Shown: one piece after another, positions 17,869 to 27,100 of the stretch
How positions within the stretch are numbered: position 1 is the first letter of the stretch
Layout: every line of letters starts with the position of its first letter
From: Candidatus Peregrinibacteria bacterium GW2011_GWC2_39_14
GTDB lineage: Bacteria > Patescibacteriota > Gracilibacteria > UBA1369 > UBA12463
Reading direction: 5' to 3'
DNA: 64,000 bases
Assembly: GCA_000993595.1 (NCBI GenBank)
Contig: LBWJ01000009.1
Coordinates: forward strand, 5,935-69,934
The notes under the pieces: model-generated
Seen by the model: only the letters and a program-made list of their open reading frames with translations
What the model was told of the DNA's origin: nothing
Databases searched by the model: none
Position numbers and translations under genes: made by a program

Positions 17869-18600
17869 TTATATATGCCTGCTTGCAATGTGGCCTGCTC
17901 CCTCAACATATTTGCAATATTCACAATCCCCCGCCTTTGGGACTTTATTGCTATTGAGGCATTTGTATATATTTTTGATGGTTTTTGGAACCCAGGAGTC
18001 GTCCCCTTTGTACGGCAAAAGCTTGATATCGAACTCTAACTTTCCGTCAAATGTGTCGCAACTTGTTATTCCGTTTGCGTATACAAAATAGCCGGTCTTG
18101 CTGACTTTGAAGCCGTTATGGCGGAATAGCCATTGATAGATTTCCATTTGGCGCTTATAGCCGTCTTGCCATTCGGCGTCAATTGTTACTTCTTCCGCTT
18201 TGGATGTGGCTTTGTAGTCGACGATGATTAGCTCACCTGAGGGTTTTACCCAGACGTCGTCAACGCCTCCGGTTATTAAGAGATTTGTTTTTGGGAATTT
18301 ATAAGTGATGCCTTTATGCAAAGAGTCGCGCCATTCATCGATTTTCTCGTGAGAAAAAGGGATTGCCTTTAAGCCATATGCTTTCATTAATGGATGAGGA
18401 GTACCGTTTGCTCGATGGATATCGAATTCCTTTTTTAATAGCTTATCGACGGCGTTATTTAAAGAAAATGGATAACTTGGGGGTTGCTTGATGCCGAGTT
18501 TGCGGTCGAGATAGAAGCAGCGCGGGCATTTGATGAATAAGTCGATTTTGGAGCGGGAGAGGCGAAAGGGGGCGGGGGTAGTTGGGGAGTAGAGGGGCAT
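17869..18600 (-). CDS. PD-(D/E)XK nuclease, Cas4/RecB-like, with four Cys
   Basis: 243 aa. Contains an N-terminal CPRC, GGVDDVWVKPSGELIIVDYK (D..DxK), QMEIYQW and a C-terminal CEYC. Confidence 0.75.
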   Translation of the reverse strand: MPLYSPTTPAPFRLSRSKIDLFIKCPRCFYLDRKLGIKQPPSYPFSLNNAVDKLLKKEFDIHRANGTPHPLMKAYGLKAIPFSHEKIDEWRDSLHKGITYKFPKTNLLITGGVDDVWVKPSGELIIVDYKATSKAEEVTIDAEWQDGYKRQMEIYQWLFRHNGFKVSKTGYFVYANGITSCDTFDGKLEFDIKLLPYKGDDSWVPKTIKNIYKCLNSNKVPKAGDCEYCKYVEGAGHIASRHI

Positions 18601-18610
18601 AGAAATTAAA

Positions 18611-20032
18611 TTACATCAAAAAATAATATTCTAAGGGAATAGATACGGTTTTAAATTCCTTATCAATTTTTAGCTCAGAACTGGAAAGTATCAAATTATA
18701 ATCGGAATTGATTTTTTTCATACTATTTATAATTTGTTTTTTGTCCTTATCCCCCATCCCTACCTCGATTATAATTTGTTTATTATTCAGTATTTGTAAA
18801 ATGAAATCTGCCCCGCCTTGTTCGCTATCATAACGGATCGCCCCCTGCCCTCTTAAAATAAATTCTCTATATAAATGCGACCCTATTGAATCTTCCAATA
18901 ATTTGCCCTGTCTTGTGAGATACGTGCTTTCCTGTCCGGTAAAATAAAAAAATGACATCCTAATCGCAGGAGACATGAAAAGATATTTATTCGCTTTTTT
19001 TGCAATCGTCATATTCGACCCATATGCCGGAATTTTGATTAATAATTCCGCTTTCTCTAATGCGTCAAAGATGTTAGCTATTGTCAAACGATTTATTTTA
19101 AATCTTTCCTCTAAAGCATTGAGGCTTGTTATGTCGTTCTCGGCGATAGCAAAGATAATTCTTTTCACAACGCCAAGCGTATTTGAATCGAAATTGCCTA
19201 GCATCGGTAGATCTTGCTTGATTATTTTATCCAAAAGTAAGGAAATCGAATCGTATACTGCGGGCTCATTCGGCATTACAAAAGAAAAAGGCAAAGTTCC
19301 ATAGGATAAATATGTCTTAATATCAGCTTTATTTATCTTTGACCAATATTGATTAACTAATGCCTGCAATGGCAATAAATTGTTATATACCTCTTCAGCG
19401 TTTGAAGAAAAATATACCGCCTGTCTTATTTTTTCTTTTAGCTTTGGTGGATAAATGCCGTTTTTGATCATTTCGTATTCCGTAAAACACATCGGAGGCA
19501 TTTTTTCAAAAACTGCTCTACGAGCCAAATTCGTTGTCGTCTGCAGAATCAAAGCCGATGAACCGGTACAACAAAAGAATACGTTTGACGTTTTTTCAAA
19601 TAAGGATTTTAAGGTAACTGCCCATTTGAGATCACTTTGGATTTCATCCAAAAAAATGAGGATGGGTTCTTTTACGCTTTCCAAATTATTGCCTAAAATT
19701 TCTTCATAAGCAGACATAAGTTCTGCAATACCGGCATCAAATAAATTCTTGGCATCTTCAACTGATAGAAATAAAATTTTACCGACTTTACTTTGATATT
19801 CCGTGCATGTTTGTGCCATCAATGTCGTTTTACCAACACCCCTGAAGCCAGGAATTATTACCATTTTAGTCCCTGATTTCTTAGACAAAAAATCGTCTAT
19901 ATATTTCTGCAATTTCACAAACATAAAACGCCTTGGGTGTTTTTTGCCATCCATGCTGTGAGTAAAACGCTTCAACCGCTCATTGGTTGTACGAATTTGT
20001 TGCTGCAGATATTGAACTAGTTCTTGGTTCAT
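18611..20032 (-). CDS. AAA_14-type ATPase with a DUF4143-like C-terminal domain
   Basis: 473 aa. Walker A is GFRGVGKTT and Walker B is ILIFLDEIQ. The C-terminal GADFILQ..IIIEVGMG resembles the restriction-endonuclease-like DUF4143 core. Confidence 0.8.
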   Translation of the reverse strand: MNQELVQYLQQQIRTTNERLKRFTHSMDGKKHPRRFMFVKLQKYIDDFLSKKSGTKMVIIPGFRGVGKTTLMAQTCTEYQSKVGKILFLSVEDAKNLFDAGIAELMSAYEEILGNNLESVKEPILIFLDEIQSDLKWAVTLKSLFEKTSNVFFCCTGSSALILQTTTNLARRAVFEKMPPMCFTEYEMIKNGIYPPKLKEKIRQAVYFSSNAEEVYNNLLPLQALVNQYWSKINKADIKTYLSYGTLPFSFVMPNEPAVYDSISLLLDKIIKQDLPMLGNFDSNTLGVVKRIIFAIAENDITSLNALEERFKINRLTIANIFDALEKAELLIKIPAYGSNMTIAKKANKYLFMSPAIRMSFFYFTGQESTYLTRQGKLLEDSIGSHLYREFILRGQGAIRYDSEQGGADFILQILNNKQIIIEVGMGDKDKKQIINSMKKINSDYNLILSSSELKIDKEFKTVSIPLEYYFLM

Positions 20033-20039
20033 ATATTTA

Positions 20040-20071
20040 ACTATACTAGAGATGTACCCTTCTAGTATAGT
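20040..20071. promoter_or_regulatory. Perfect 11-bp inverted repeat immediately upstream of the ATPase gene
   Basis: ACTATACTAGA, 10 nt, TCTAGTATAGT, starting 8 nt upstream of the start codon at 20032. Confidence 0.35.
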
Positions 20072-20195
20072 CTGTTATACCAGAAAGGTCAAGGGATTGT
20101 TTTTGGCTTATTCTAAGCCATTTACTAAATGGTTTTCTTGATGGCTTTGATGAGATCGGCATGAGCTATGTGATGATTTAACGTTGAAACGTACG

Positions 20196-20567
20196 TTAGC
20201 TTATTACCTTATCTTTTATCGCTTTATCTATTAATTTTTTAAAATCTTCTTGTGGAATCATTGGACAATACTGACCCCATGTCCATTTACCCTTAACTTT
20301 GCCATTTTTCCCTATCATGTAATAGCCAATCCTATATTCAACGTCTCCTGCTTTCAAATACTTGTGAGTATTTTCGCCTTCAATGCCAATTCTTCTCAAT
20401 CTTTCTATTACAAAAACTTTTTCTTCTAAATTATGCTGAGTCATGAATGTCCAAGCTTCTCTTTCGAAAATATGTTTTCCCTTTCGACTTATATCCTTCA
20501 TTTTTATCGGCTTTTTCTTGGTATATTCTTGGTTTTTGCGGGAGATGAATTGTTGAGAGGATTCCAT
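20196..20567 (-). CDS. Hypothetical protein, last gene of the hsd operon
   Basis: 123 aa ORF, 1-nt gap from the upstream ORF. No motif recognised. Confidence 0.55.
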   Translation of the reverse strand: MESSQQFISRKNQEYTKKKPIKMKDISRKGKHIFEREAWTFMTQHNLEEKVFVIERLRRIGIEGENTHKYLKAGDVEYRIGYYMIGKNGKVKGKWTWGQYCPMIPQEDFKKLIDKAIKDKVIS

Positions 20568-20568
20568 G

Positions 20569-21189
20569 TTAATTTTTTATGCAATATTTTTGTGAAGCCG
20601 GCTGTGGACAGGCCCTTTCGCCTAATCCGTCTTTATATTTTTTCTCACATGTTCTTGACGTTATCTCCCACTCTCCGTCTTCTCTCCTGTCAAAATAAAA
20701 TGATATGATTTCCCAAATTCTTTGCGGATTACTGTCGGCTTTTAGAGTATAAGAATATTTACTGCAAATAATTTTACTTTTATTCAACGCTTCCGGGTCC
20801 CAAACTTTAATATCTTCATATCCGCTAATATGCTTGAATACTTCCCTTTGAAGCTCTTGCACCTCAGATCCATCATTTATATCACACTTACTTTTAGCCA
20901 TTAAAGAACAAACTTCTCTAAATCTATTATTATTTAAAAGTCCATAATATTTACCAGTAAGCTCTTCCGGATTGATTCCCTTCAACTCTTCCGTTCTATT
21001 ATTTATGATATTTGGATCTTTTATACCTTCATAATTTATCTGAACTGAATCAGCTTGTATTGCAGGACTCTGATTGCCTGTGGTTGAAATGTTTGTGCTA
21101 CTTGATGGATATATTGGACTTATAAAAGCAACAAGCACTGGAACCACTATAGTTGAAATTATGGCGATTATTTTATTTGTCATATTCAT
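20569..21189 (-). CDS. Hypothetical N-terminally membrane-anchored protein
   Basis: 206 aa. One N-terminal TM helix (IIAIISTIVVPVLVAFISPIY). It starts 5 nt after the hsdR stop. Confidence 0.55.
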   Translation of the reverse strand: MNMTNKIIAIISTIVVPVLVAFISPIYPSSSTNISTTGNQSPAIQADSVQINYEGIKDPNIINNRTEELKGINPEELTGKYYGLLNNNRFREVCSLMAKSKCDINDGSEVQELQREVFKHISGYEDIKVWDPEALNKSKIICSKYSYTLKADSNPQRIWEIISFYFDRREDGEWEITSRTCEKKYKDGLGERACPQPASQKYCIKN

Positions 21190-21194
21190 TGCCT

Positions 21195-24100
21195 CTATAC
21201 GTTAATCAAATCTTTTGAATCCCTGTATCTTTCATAAACAAAGTTATAAACCTCAAATCCTTTTAGCCCGCATTCCTCTTCCGTATAAGCTTCTACCGGC
21301 AATTTCTTGAATAATAGATCTGAAATAGTGACCTTCACCCCAGAGCGATTTGCCTCAAAATCTCTCCAGTGTGGCACAAGAAGAGGTTTAAGATTTGTTA
21401 GCAATTCGTGGGTTGCACCTTTGATACTGGCAACTTCATCTGGATTTAGATTTTCTTTAACTAGTAAATCAAAAATGGCCAATTCATCCTCACTTAGATT
21501 TTCTTTTACTGATCGCTGTTCTTCTTCGCTTAAATCTTTAGCAAGCGCTATAAGATTGTCAAAAAGCTGATCTACATCATGCGCACCGCTATTGTACTCT
21601 TGCAAAAGGGAGACAAGTCTCTCCATAAACTTCGCACGTTTCTTGTTTCTCTTAACCATTTCTGTAATCTTTTTCTCAAGCTCAGCAGACATTGCTTCTA
21701 CTTGTAAATTCTTATCATCAAGACCTGCAAAAAATGTTTGCAAGGCATCTGCATCAAGAGCACTTAAGTCTTTTATTTTTTTATGTTGAGAAATAACATA
21801 TTCTCCAGCTTGGATTGATTTATCAAGCAAGTCCTCCAGATCTTTTTTTACTTGAGATACATCTATACTCTGCGATCCTACATCACGGATGCGTGAAGCA
21901 AGCACGCGAACAGCTGTTACTTCTTTATAAAAATTCTCTGCATCTGGATCAGGTAATACCGAGCGATAGGCACTTTGTAGGTCACTAGCAAGGTTTAAAA
22001 ACTTCTTTTTCTTCTCTTGTTGTCCAATTATTATATTAGCGTATTTTTCCAGTAGCAATAACTTTTGATCGCTTGGAGCTTCGAGTAAAGGAGCTAGTTC
22101 AATCTGTTCAGCGCTTAGAAATTCTTTTATGGTGTGAAGCGCATTTTTTAAATTATTTAAAAGCTCATCTTTGCTTTTGATTATGTCATCTTCATCAACT
22201 CCACTAGCCGCATATAACGCCAAGGCACGCTCAATATTCTTAAATACGCCGATATAATCAACGATTAAACCATTCTTTTTACCTTCATCGGCCACACGAT
22301 TAGCGCGAGCGATAGTTTGCATTAAAGTGTGGTTTTTCAATGGCTTATCCAAGTATAAGGTTGAAAGATTTGGCACATCAAAGCCAGTCATCCACATGGC
22401 GCAAACAAACACAATTCGCAAATTACTATCAGCTTCTTTGAATTCATCTTCAAGAGATATAACCCTTCCATCCTTCGAAGTCTTTTTAAGAATTCTCTCT
22501 CTGATTGGCTTTACATCAATCTCAAATTCTTCCATGTCGGCAATTTCGTTTTGGTTATCGCCAAGACTTACCATCACCGCCATATCAACATTTTCGTGTT
22601 GTTCGAGCTTAACTAAGATCTCTTCGTGTTTGCGTTCATCTGTCGTACGCGTTAGATCCATGGCCAATTTTTTGATATATCGATTCCATTCTTTTTTTAC
22701 TTTGTCATACATTCTGAAAGTGGTTTTCTTATCAATACAAACCACCATTGCCTTTCCGTCATAGCCTCGCCCTGCATAATGCTCCACAATATCGCGCGCA
22801 ATAGTATCCAGGCGATCTTCGCGAGTAATAATCTCATAGAAGTTAGAGTATTCTCGCTCCAGTTTCTCTTCTTCATCTTCATCGAGGTCATATCTATCCA
22901 TAAGTTGTCCCAGTTGTTCCTCGAGGTTTTCGTTTACGTTTTTTAACCTTGGTACACGATTTTCGTAGTATAGTGGCACAGTTGCTCCATCCCGCACAGA
23001 ATCACCAAAATTATATTTGGATACATAGTCTCCAAAAGTTTTTACCGTCTCTGCTTCGCCCATAAGCGGTGTACCGGTAAACCCGATAAAAGATGCGTTT
23101 GGCAGTGCTTTACGCATATTGAGAGCCATTCTGTCATATTGGGTACGGTGTGCCTCATCAGTCATCACTATAATATCTTCACGTTCTGATATAGCCTCTG
23201 ATATATCTTGGAACTTTTGAATGGTAGTGAAAATCTGGCGGTGATCTGCTCTCAACAAATCCTTAAGGTTCTCTATAGAATCCGCATGCACTTCTGCCTC
23301 ATGGACAGCTCCAGCATTAATAAAGTTTTTATAAGCCTGTCCGTCTAGTTGCGTTCTATCCGTAACAATTACGAAGGTGAAATTGCCGGTAACTTTGCGT
23401 AGGACTTTTTGTGATAACCAAACCATAGAATATGATTTACCTGAACCTTGTGTGTGCCAGAAAACACCTAATTTACCTTCCAACTCTTTTCTGTGCAAAA
23501 CGTTGTCAAAAGCTCTATTCACTCCAAGATATTGGAAGTATCGCGGAACAATCTTTTTTGCCTCACCTTTAACTTCATCGAACAAAATAAAGTTTTCAAA
23601 AATATCGAGCAGTCGCGTTTTGTCGCATATCCCACAAAGGATAGTTGTTAGATCAGTTCTCGGTTTATCTTCTTCGCTTTCGGCTTTTTTCCATTCGTTA
23701 AAAAACTCGTATGGTGCAGTTAGTGAGCCAAATTTATTTTCAATACCATTTGAAATAATAATTCCCATGTTATACCAAAATAACTTTGGGATAGTATCTT
23801 TATAATCACGGATATTATCGCGATGCGCGTCTACTAAACTTTTATGAGAGGCTTTGAGCTCTAATAAAACAAGAGGGATGCCGTTTACGAACAAAATAAC
23901 GTCAGGCCTTCGTGTATACATTTCACCCACCACCCACAGCTGAGACACAGCTAAAAAGTGATTGTTCTCTGCCTTTTCAAAATCAAAAAATCGCACACGT
24001 TCAGTCCAAGCATCTCCATCTTCTCCTACAACATTCACATTAACTCCGTCACGCAAAAGTTTGTAAATTTCTTGATTAGCTTTAACTAAACTCAAATTGG

Positions 24101-24344
24101 ATCGGTCGCGAGTGATTGCATCCACGGCTTGCTCAAGCATATCAGCAGGCGTAGCAGGATTGATTTTCTGAAGCGCAGGTAATAAATACTTTTTTAGAAC
24201 AACTTCGCCCTGATTTTCACGTCCAAGTAATAAGTCGTCTTCATCTTTGTAGGCGTTGATATGGCACGTATTATCACCCCATATTTCTTTTATGAGTTTA
24301 ATGACAGTTTGTTCGACGAGATTGTCTTCGGAAAATTGGTTCAT
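21195..24344 (-). CDS. hsdR: Type I restriction endonuclease subunit R
   Basis: 1049 aa. WHTQGSGKSYSM is helicase motif I and MTDEAHRTQ is motif II, with FTGTP and QTIARANR. Typical HsdR length. Confidence 0.95.
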   Translation of the reverse strand: MNQFSEDNLVEQTVIKLIKEIWGDNTCHINAYKDEDDLLLGRENQGEVVLKKYLLPALQKINPATPADMLEQAVDAITRDRSNLSLVKANQEIYKLLRDGVNVNVVGEDGDAWTERVRFFDFEKAENNHFLAVSQLWVVGEMYTRRPDVILFVNGIPLVLLELKASHKSLVDAHRDNIRDYKDTIPKLFWYNMGIIISNGIENKFGSLTAPYEFFNEWKKAESEEDKPRTDLTTILCGICDKTRLLDIFENFILFDEVKGEAKKIVPRYFQYLGVNRAFDNVLHRKELEGKLGVFWHTQGSGKSYSMVWLSQKVLRKVTGNFTFVIVTDRTQLDGQAYKNFINAGAVHEAEVHADSIENLKDLLRADHRQIFTTIQKFQDISEAISEREDIIVMTDEAHRTQYDRMALNMRKALPNASFIGFTGTPLMGEAETVKTFGDYVSKYNFGDSVRDGATVPLYYENRVPRLKNVNENLEEQLGQLMDRYDLDEDEEEKLEREYSNFYEIITREDRLDTIARDIVEHYAGRGYDGKAMVVCIDKKTTFRMYDKVKKEWNRYIKKLAMDLTRTTDERKHEEILVKLEQHENVDMAVMVSLGDNQNEIADMEEFEIDVKPIRERILKKTSKDGRVISLEDEFKEADSNLRIVFVCAMWMTGFDVPNLSTLYLDKPLKNHTLMQTIARANRVADEGKKNGLIVDYIGVFKNIERALALYAASGVDEDDIIKSKDELLNNLKNALHTIKEFLSAEQIELAPLLEAPSDQKLLLLEKYANIIIGQQEKKKKFLNLASDLQSAYRSVLPDPDAENFYKEVTAVRVLASRIRDVGSQSIDVSQVKKDLEDLLDKSIQAGEYVISQHKKIKDLSALDADALQTFFAGLDDKNLQVEAMSAELEKKITEMVKRNKKRAKFMERLVSLLQEYNSGAHDVDQLFDNLIALAKDLSEEEQRSVKENLSEDELAIFDLLVKENLNPDEVASIKGATHELLTNLKPLLVPHWRDFEANRSGVKVTISDLLFKKLPVEAYTEEECGLKGFEVYNFVYERYRDSKDLINV

Positions 24345-24347
24345 GGG

Positions 24348-25859
24348 TTAATCTTTTATTTCAGGTAAATATATTTTTAAAATATCTATTAATACTTGCC
24401 TTTTATCAGAAGATAAAAAACTAAGTACCAAATTTTTATACCCATTTTTTGATAGCTCTATTTTAGTCTGAATTTGACCAACAAGGCCTTTATGAGGATA
24501 CGCTTTTAGTATCTCTGTAACTTCAGCAGTGTGCTCAGGCAAATCTACTGTGGCCAGCTGATCTAATTCTGACAAAATAACTTTTTTAAAATTGTCATAC
24601 TCGGTTTTATCTTTTACTAATCCAAATTTTTCACCAAAATGCCTGTGTATTCTATATTTTGAAGCAGCAAACACCGCTTTTTCTTTATTTTCATGGTAAA
24701 CTTTCCTAATTTCGGCAACAATTTCCTCTTTTTTGTCAGCCTTCGACAAATGATTACAAACTATTCCAACTATTTCTGGTACAAGAAATATATTCTCAAC
24801 TTCATTCAATGTAATACTGAAGATCCCTGCATCCTTTAGTGATGTTAACTGTTCCTCAGTACGAAAATCTTTATCTATAAGACCATAAACCTTTTTGTCA
24901 TGAAGATCAGAATGAGTTCTAAGTCCTTTTACCGCTTCAATAACTTTTTCACAAGAACCACAAGGAATTACTGTGAAATTTTCGTAGTATGTCTGATAAA
25001 TTTGCATATCAAGAGATCCTTTATTGCCTTCCACAAACAAAACAGGTTTTCTACTCCCAAGAATTTCAAGAAAAAGATTTTCAGGGATGACTTCATTGGG
25101 ATCAAGCTCTTTCCAATCCCATAAACTATTCTTATAACCTTGAATCCAAATCAATTTGTTTGATGGCTTACTGACGGCAAAATCAAGATCATGCGTTATA
25201 TAGATAAAAGTACAATCATTTCTACACTCTTCAAGCTTATTCCACAATCTCACCATTAAAGATTTATGCAGATGGAGCTCAGGCTCATCAATAATCAAAA
25301 TACAATCTTTGTCGGCCAAAAGAATTTGCGAGATAAGATATAATCCCACTTTCTCGCCATCGCTCATTTCCGCGCCAGAAAATTCATTTGTTTCATTTAC
25401 GGCTCGCACTCTATCTTTCTCTAATTTTAATGTTCTATATGGAAAAACAAAATTCCAAACTTCAATTACCTGCTCTTTTACAGATTTTAGAAGTTCCTCT
25501 TTTTTGAGACTGCCCTTTGTGTTTATATCATTAATAGCTTTTTCGTTTCTCCAAGATTCCTCGGCAAATAGAGACATCAATACTTGCTGAAAGTCATTTT
25601 GGGGCTGAATAGGGCTTTGATTTTTATAAACACTCCTCAATTGCGACTCTGCGGTTTCATGATCTTGCTTCTGGACAACTTCGCTCAACTGTAAATATCT
25701 TTGCGCAGAAATCCTTTTTGTAGGATTGTTTATCTGTTCAAGTTTCGACCCAAGTCTGGTTTTGCCACTTCCATTTGCGCCAACAATAACTATATTTTTT
25801 TCGATTGTTATAGCCTCTTGTTCACCACTACCCGATTTTAGAATTTGTATGGTTTTCAT
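24348..25859 (-). CDS. Fused ABC-type ATPase plus DUF4435 (Toprim/OLD-like) protein
   Basis: 503 aa. Walker A is GANGSGKT, the signature-like motif is SDGEKV, Walker B is ILIIDEPELHLH and the H-loop is ITHD. The C-terminal VLFVEGNKGSLDMQIY..GLIDKDF resembles the DUF4435 Toprim core. ATGA overlap with hsdS. Confidence 0.75.
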   Translation of the reverse strand: MKTIQILKSGSGEQEAITIEKNIVIVGANGSGKTRLGSKLEQINNPTKRISAQRYLQLSEVVQKQDHETAESQLRSVYKNQSPIQPQNDFQQVLMSLFAEESWRNEKAINDINTKGSLKKEELLKSVKEQVIEVWNFVFPYRTLKLEKDRVRAVNETNEFSGAEMSDGEKVGLYLISQILLADKDCILIIDEPELHLHKSLMVRLWNKLEECRNDCTFIYITHDLDFAVSKPSNKLIWIQGYKNSLWDWKELDPNEVIPENLFLEILGSRKPVLFVEGNKGSLDMQIYQTYYENFTVIPCGSCEKVIEAVKGLRTHSDLHDKKVYGLIDKDFRTEEQLTSLKDAGIFSITLNEVENIFLVPEIVGIVCNHLSKADKKEEIVAEIRKVYHENKEKAVFAASKYRIHRHFGEKFGLVKDKTEYDNFKKVILSELDQLATVDLPEHTAEVTEILKAYPHKGLVGQIQTKIELSKNGYKNLVLSFLSSDKRQVLIDILKIYLPEIKD

Positions 25860-27100
25860 AAATATTCTTTTAGAATTCGCTTCCCAGTGACCAACTGGGG
25901 AATTAAAAGGTCGCGCATTTTTGATAAACGGTTATTTTCTCTCTGTAGTCTAAGAATTAAATCCATAACAGAACTTATAAGCGTCTCAAAATTATTAAGA
26001 ATATTAGACTGCGGGCATAAAATCTTAATCTTTTTAAAATTTCCCTTATTAATTTCTTTAAAGGTTGCTCCTGAACCTAGATCAATGAATAAAGGTACAT
26101 GTTGTTTTAGCCAATAATAAAGAAAATACAAAGTGACTTTTTCGTTGGGCAAACAGGTAATAAAACCCTGATTCGTGGAAGCAAAAGATGTATTAATTGA
26201 AATTGCACCAATAGTTGCTCTACTTGTCATCATTACGCTGAAAGGAGGAAATAACTTTGCAGAACTTTTTTTCAATCCAGTCTCTGTAATCTTTTCGGAT
26301 GATGCGTCTGTAAACATTTGATCGGCTCCAGTCAAATCAGTCGGCGTATACCAATTTATCTCTCCTCCCCAATATTCAGGAACTAACCTAGATGGAGTTC
26401 CTCCTCCTAATATTTCAAAACTTTCTTCAACACTTCGGATCGCCCACTCCTCAGGCACCATACCATATTCAGTACCACTATCCACCATTTTTACTTTTTC
26501 ATGACCCGGAAATTTGAACTTCACAAACCACTCCACGTAGAGAAGCTGTGCCATTTCTTCCAATGCCTTGATGCGCTTTTCGTTGTTTTCGATCAGGTCA
26601 TCGTAGGTAGAGAGGACAGAAGCAATACGGGTTTGTATTTCAATCTCTCTTTTTTGTAACTCTATCGTTTCAATTCTATTCAGAGCTAACTTTGGCTGCG
26701 TACTACCTCCAACACGTGCACGAATTTGAAATTGACCTTCTCTGCTTCGTAGAAAATACATCAAATAATCTCTATCAATTTGTGTTTTATCAAGTTCTGT
26801 AATTTTTGCTGCATTTTCAGTTAGATTCGCTCCCGACAAAAAATTGGGTATTTTACCAACGAGTCCAATCGTCCCCGCAATACTTATGTACACATCGTCA
26901 TCAGAGATGGTATATCGCTTTATTTGTTCAAAAGCCTCATCTGGAACATATTTAATATTTGAGGCGTTCAACTTGTCCGACTCCATGTCAGTGACTCGGA
27001 TATACGGATGGTTTGTCTTCTTGTCTTGCACAAAAAATCCACCAGACAACCTTTTACCACCCTTAACTTTTGCGAAATCTTTTATTTGAAAAATTGCCAT
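25856..27100 (-). CDS. hsdS: Type I R-M specificity subunit
   Basis: 414 aa. Two target-recognition halves are separated by the conserved helical spacer (IKALEEMAQLLYVEWFVKFKFPGHE) and followed by a C-terminal conserved helix (LSKMRDLLIPQLVTGK). Confidence 0.9.
   Translation of the reverse strand: MAIFQIKDFAKVKGGKRLSGGFFVQDKKTNHPYIRVTDMESDKLNASNIKYVPDEAFEQIKRYTISDDDVYISIAGTIGLVGKIPNFLSGANLTENAAKITELDKTQIDRDYLMYFLRSREGQFQIRARVGGSTQPKLALNRIETIELQKREIEIQTRIASVLSTYDDLIENNEKRIKALEEMAQLLYVEWFVKFKFPGHEKVKMVDSGTEYGMVPEEWAIRSVEESFEILGGGTPSRLVPEYWGGEINWYTPTDLTGADQMFTDASSEKITETGLKKSSAKLFPPFSVMMTSRATIGAISINTSFASTNQGFITCLPNEKVTLYFLYYWLKQHVPLFIDLGSGATFKEINKGNFKKIKILCPQSNILNNFETLISSVMDLILRLQRENNRLSKMRDLLIPQLVTGKRILKEYL

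Noticed and set aside
24295-24350. Apparent extra A/T near the hsdR 5' end that would put a stop after codon 15
   Set aside because: My manual indexing here disagreed by 1 nt with the ORF track, which gives an uninterrupted 1049-aa HsdR and consistent neighbouring coordinates. I attribute this to my own reading error rather than a real frameshift. It is worth a quick check on the raw sequence.
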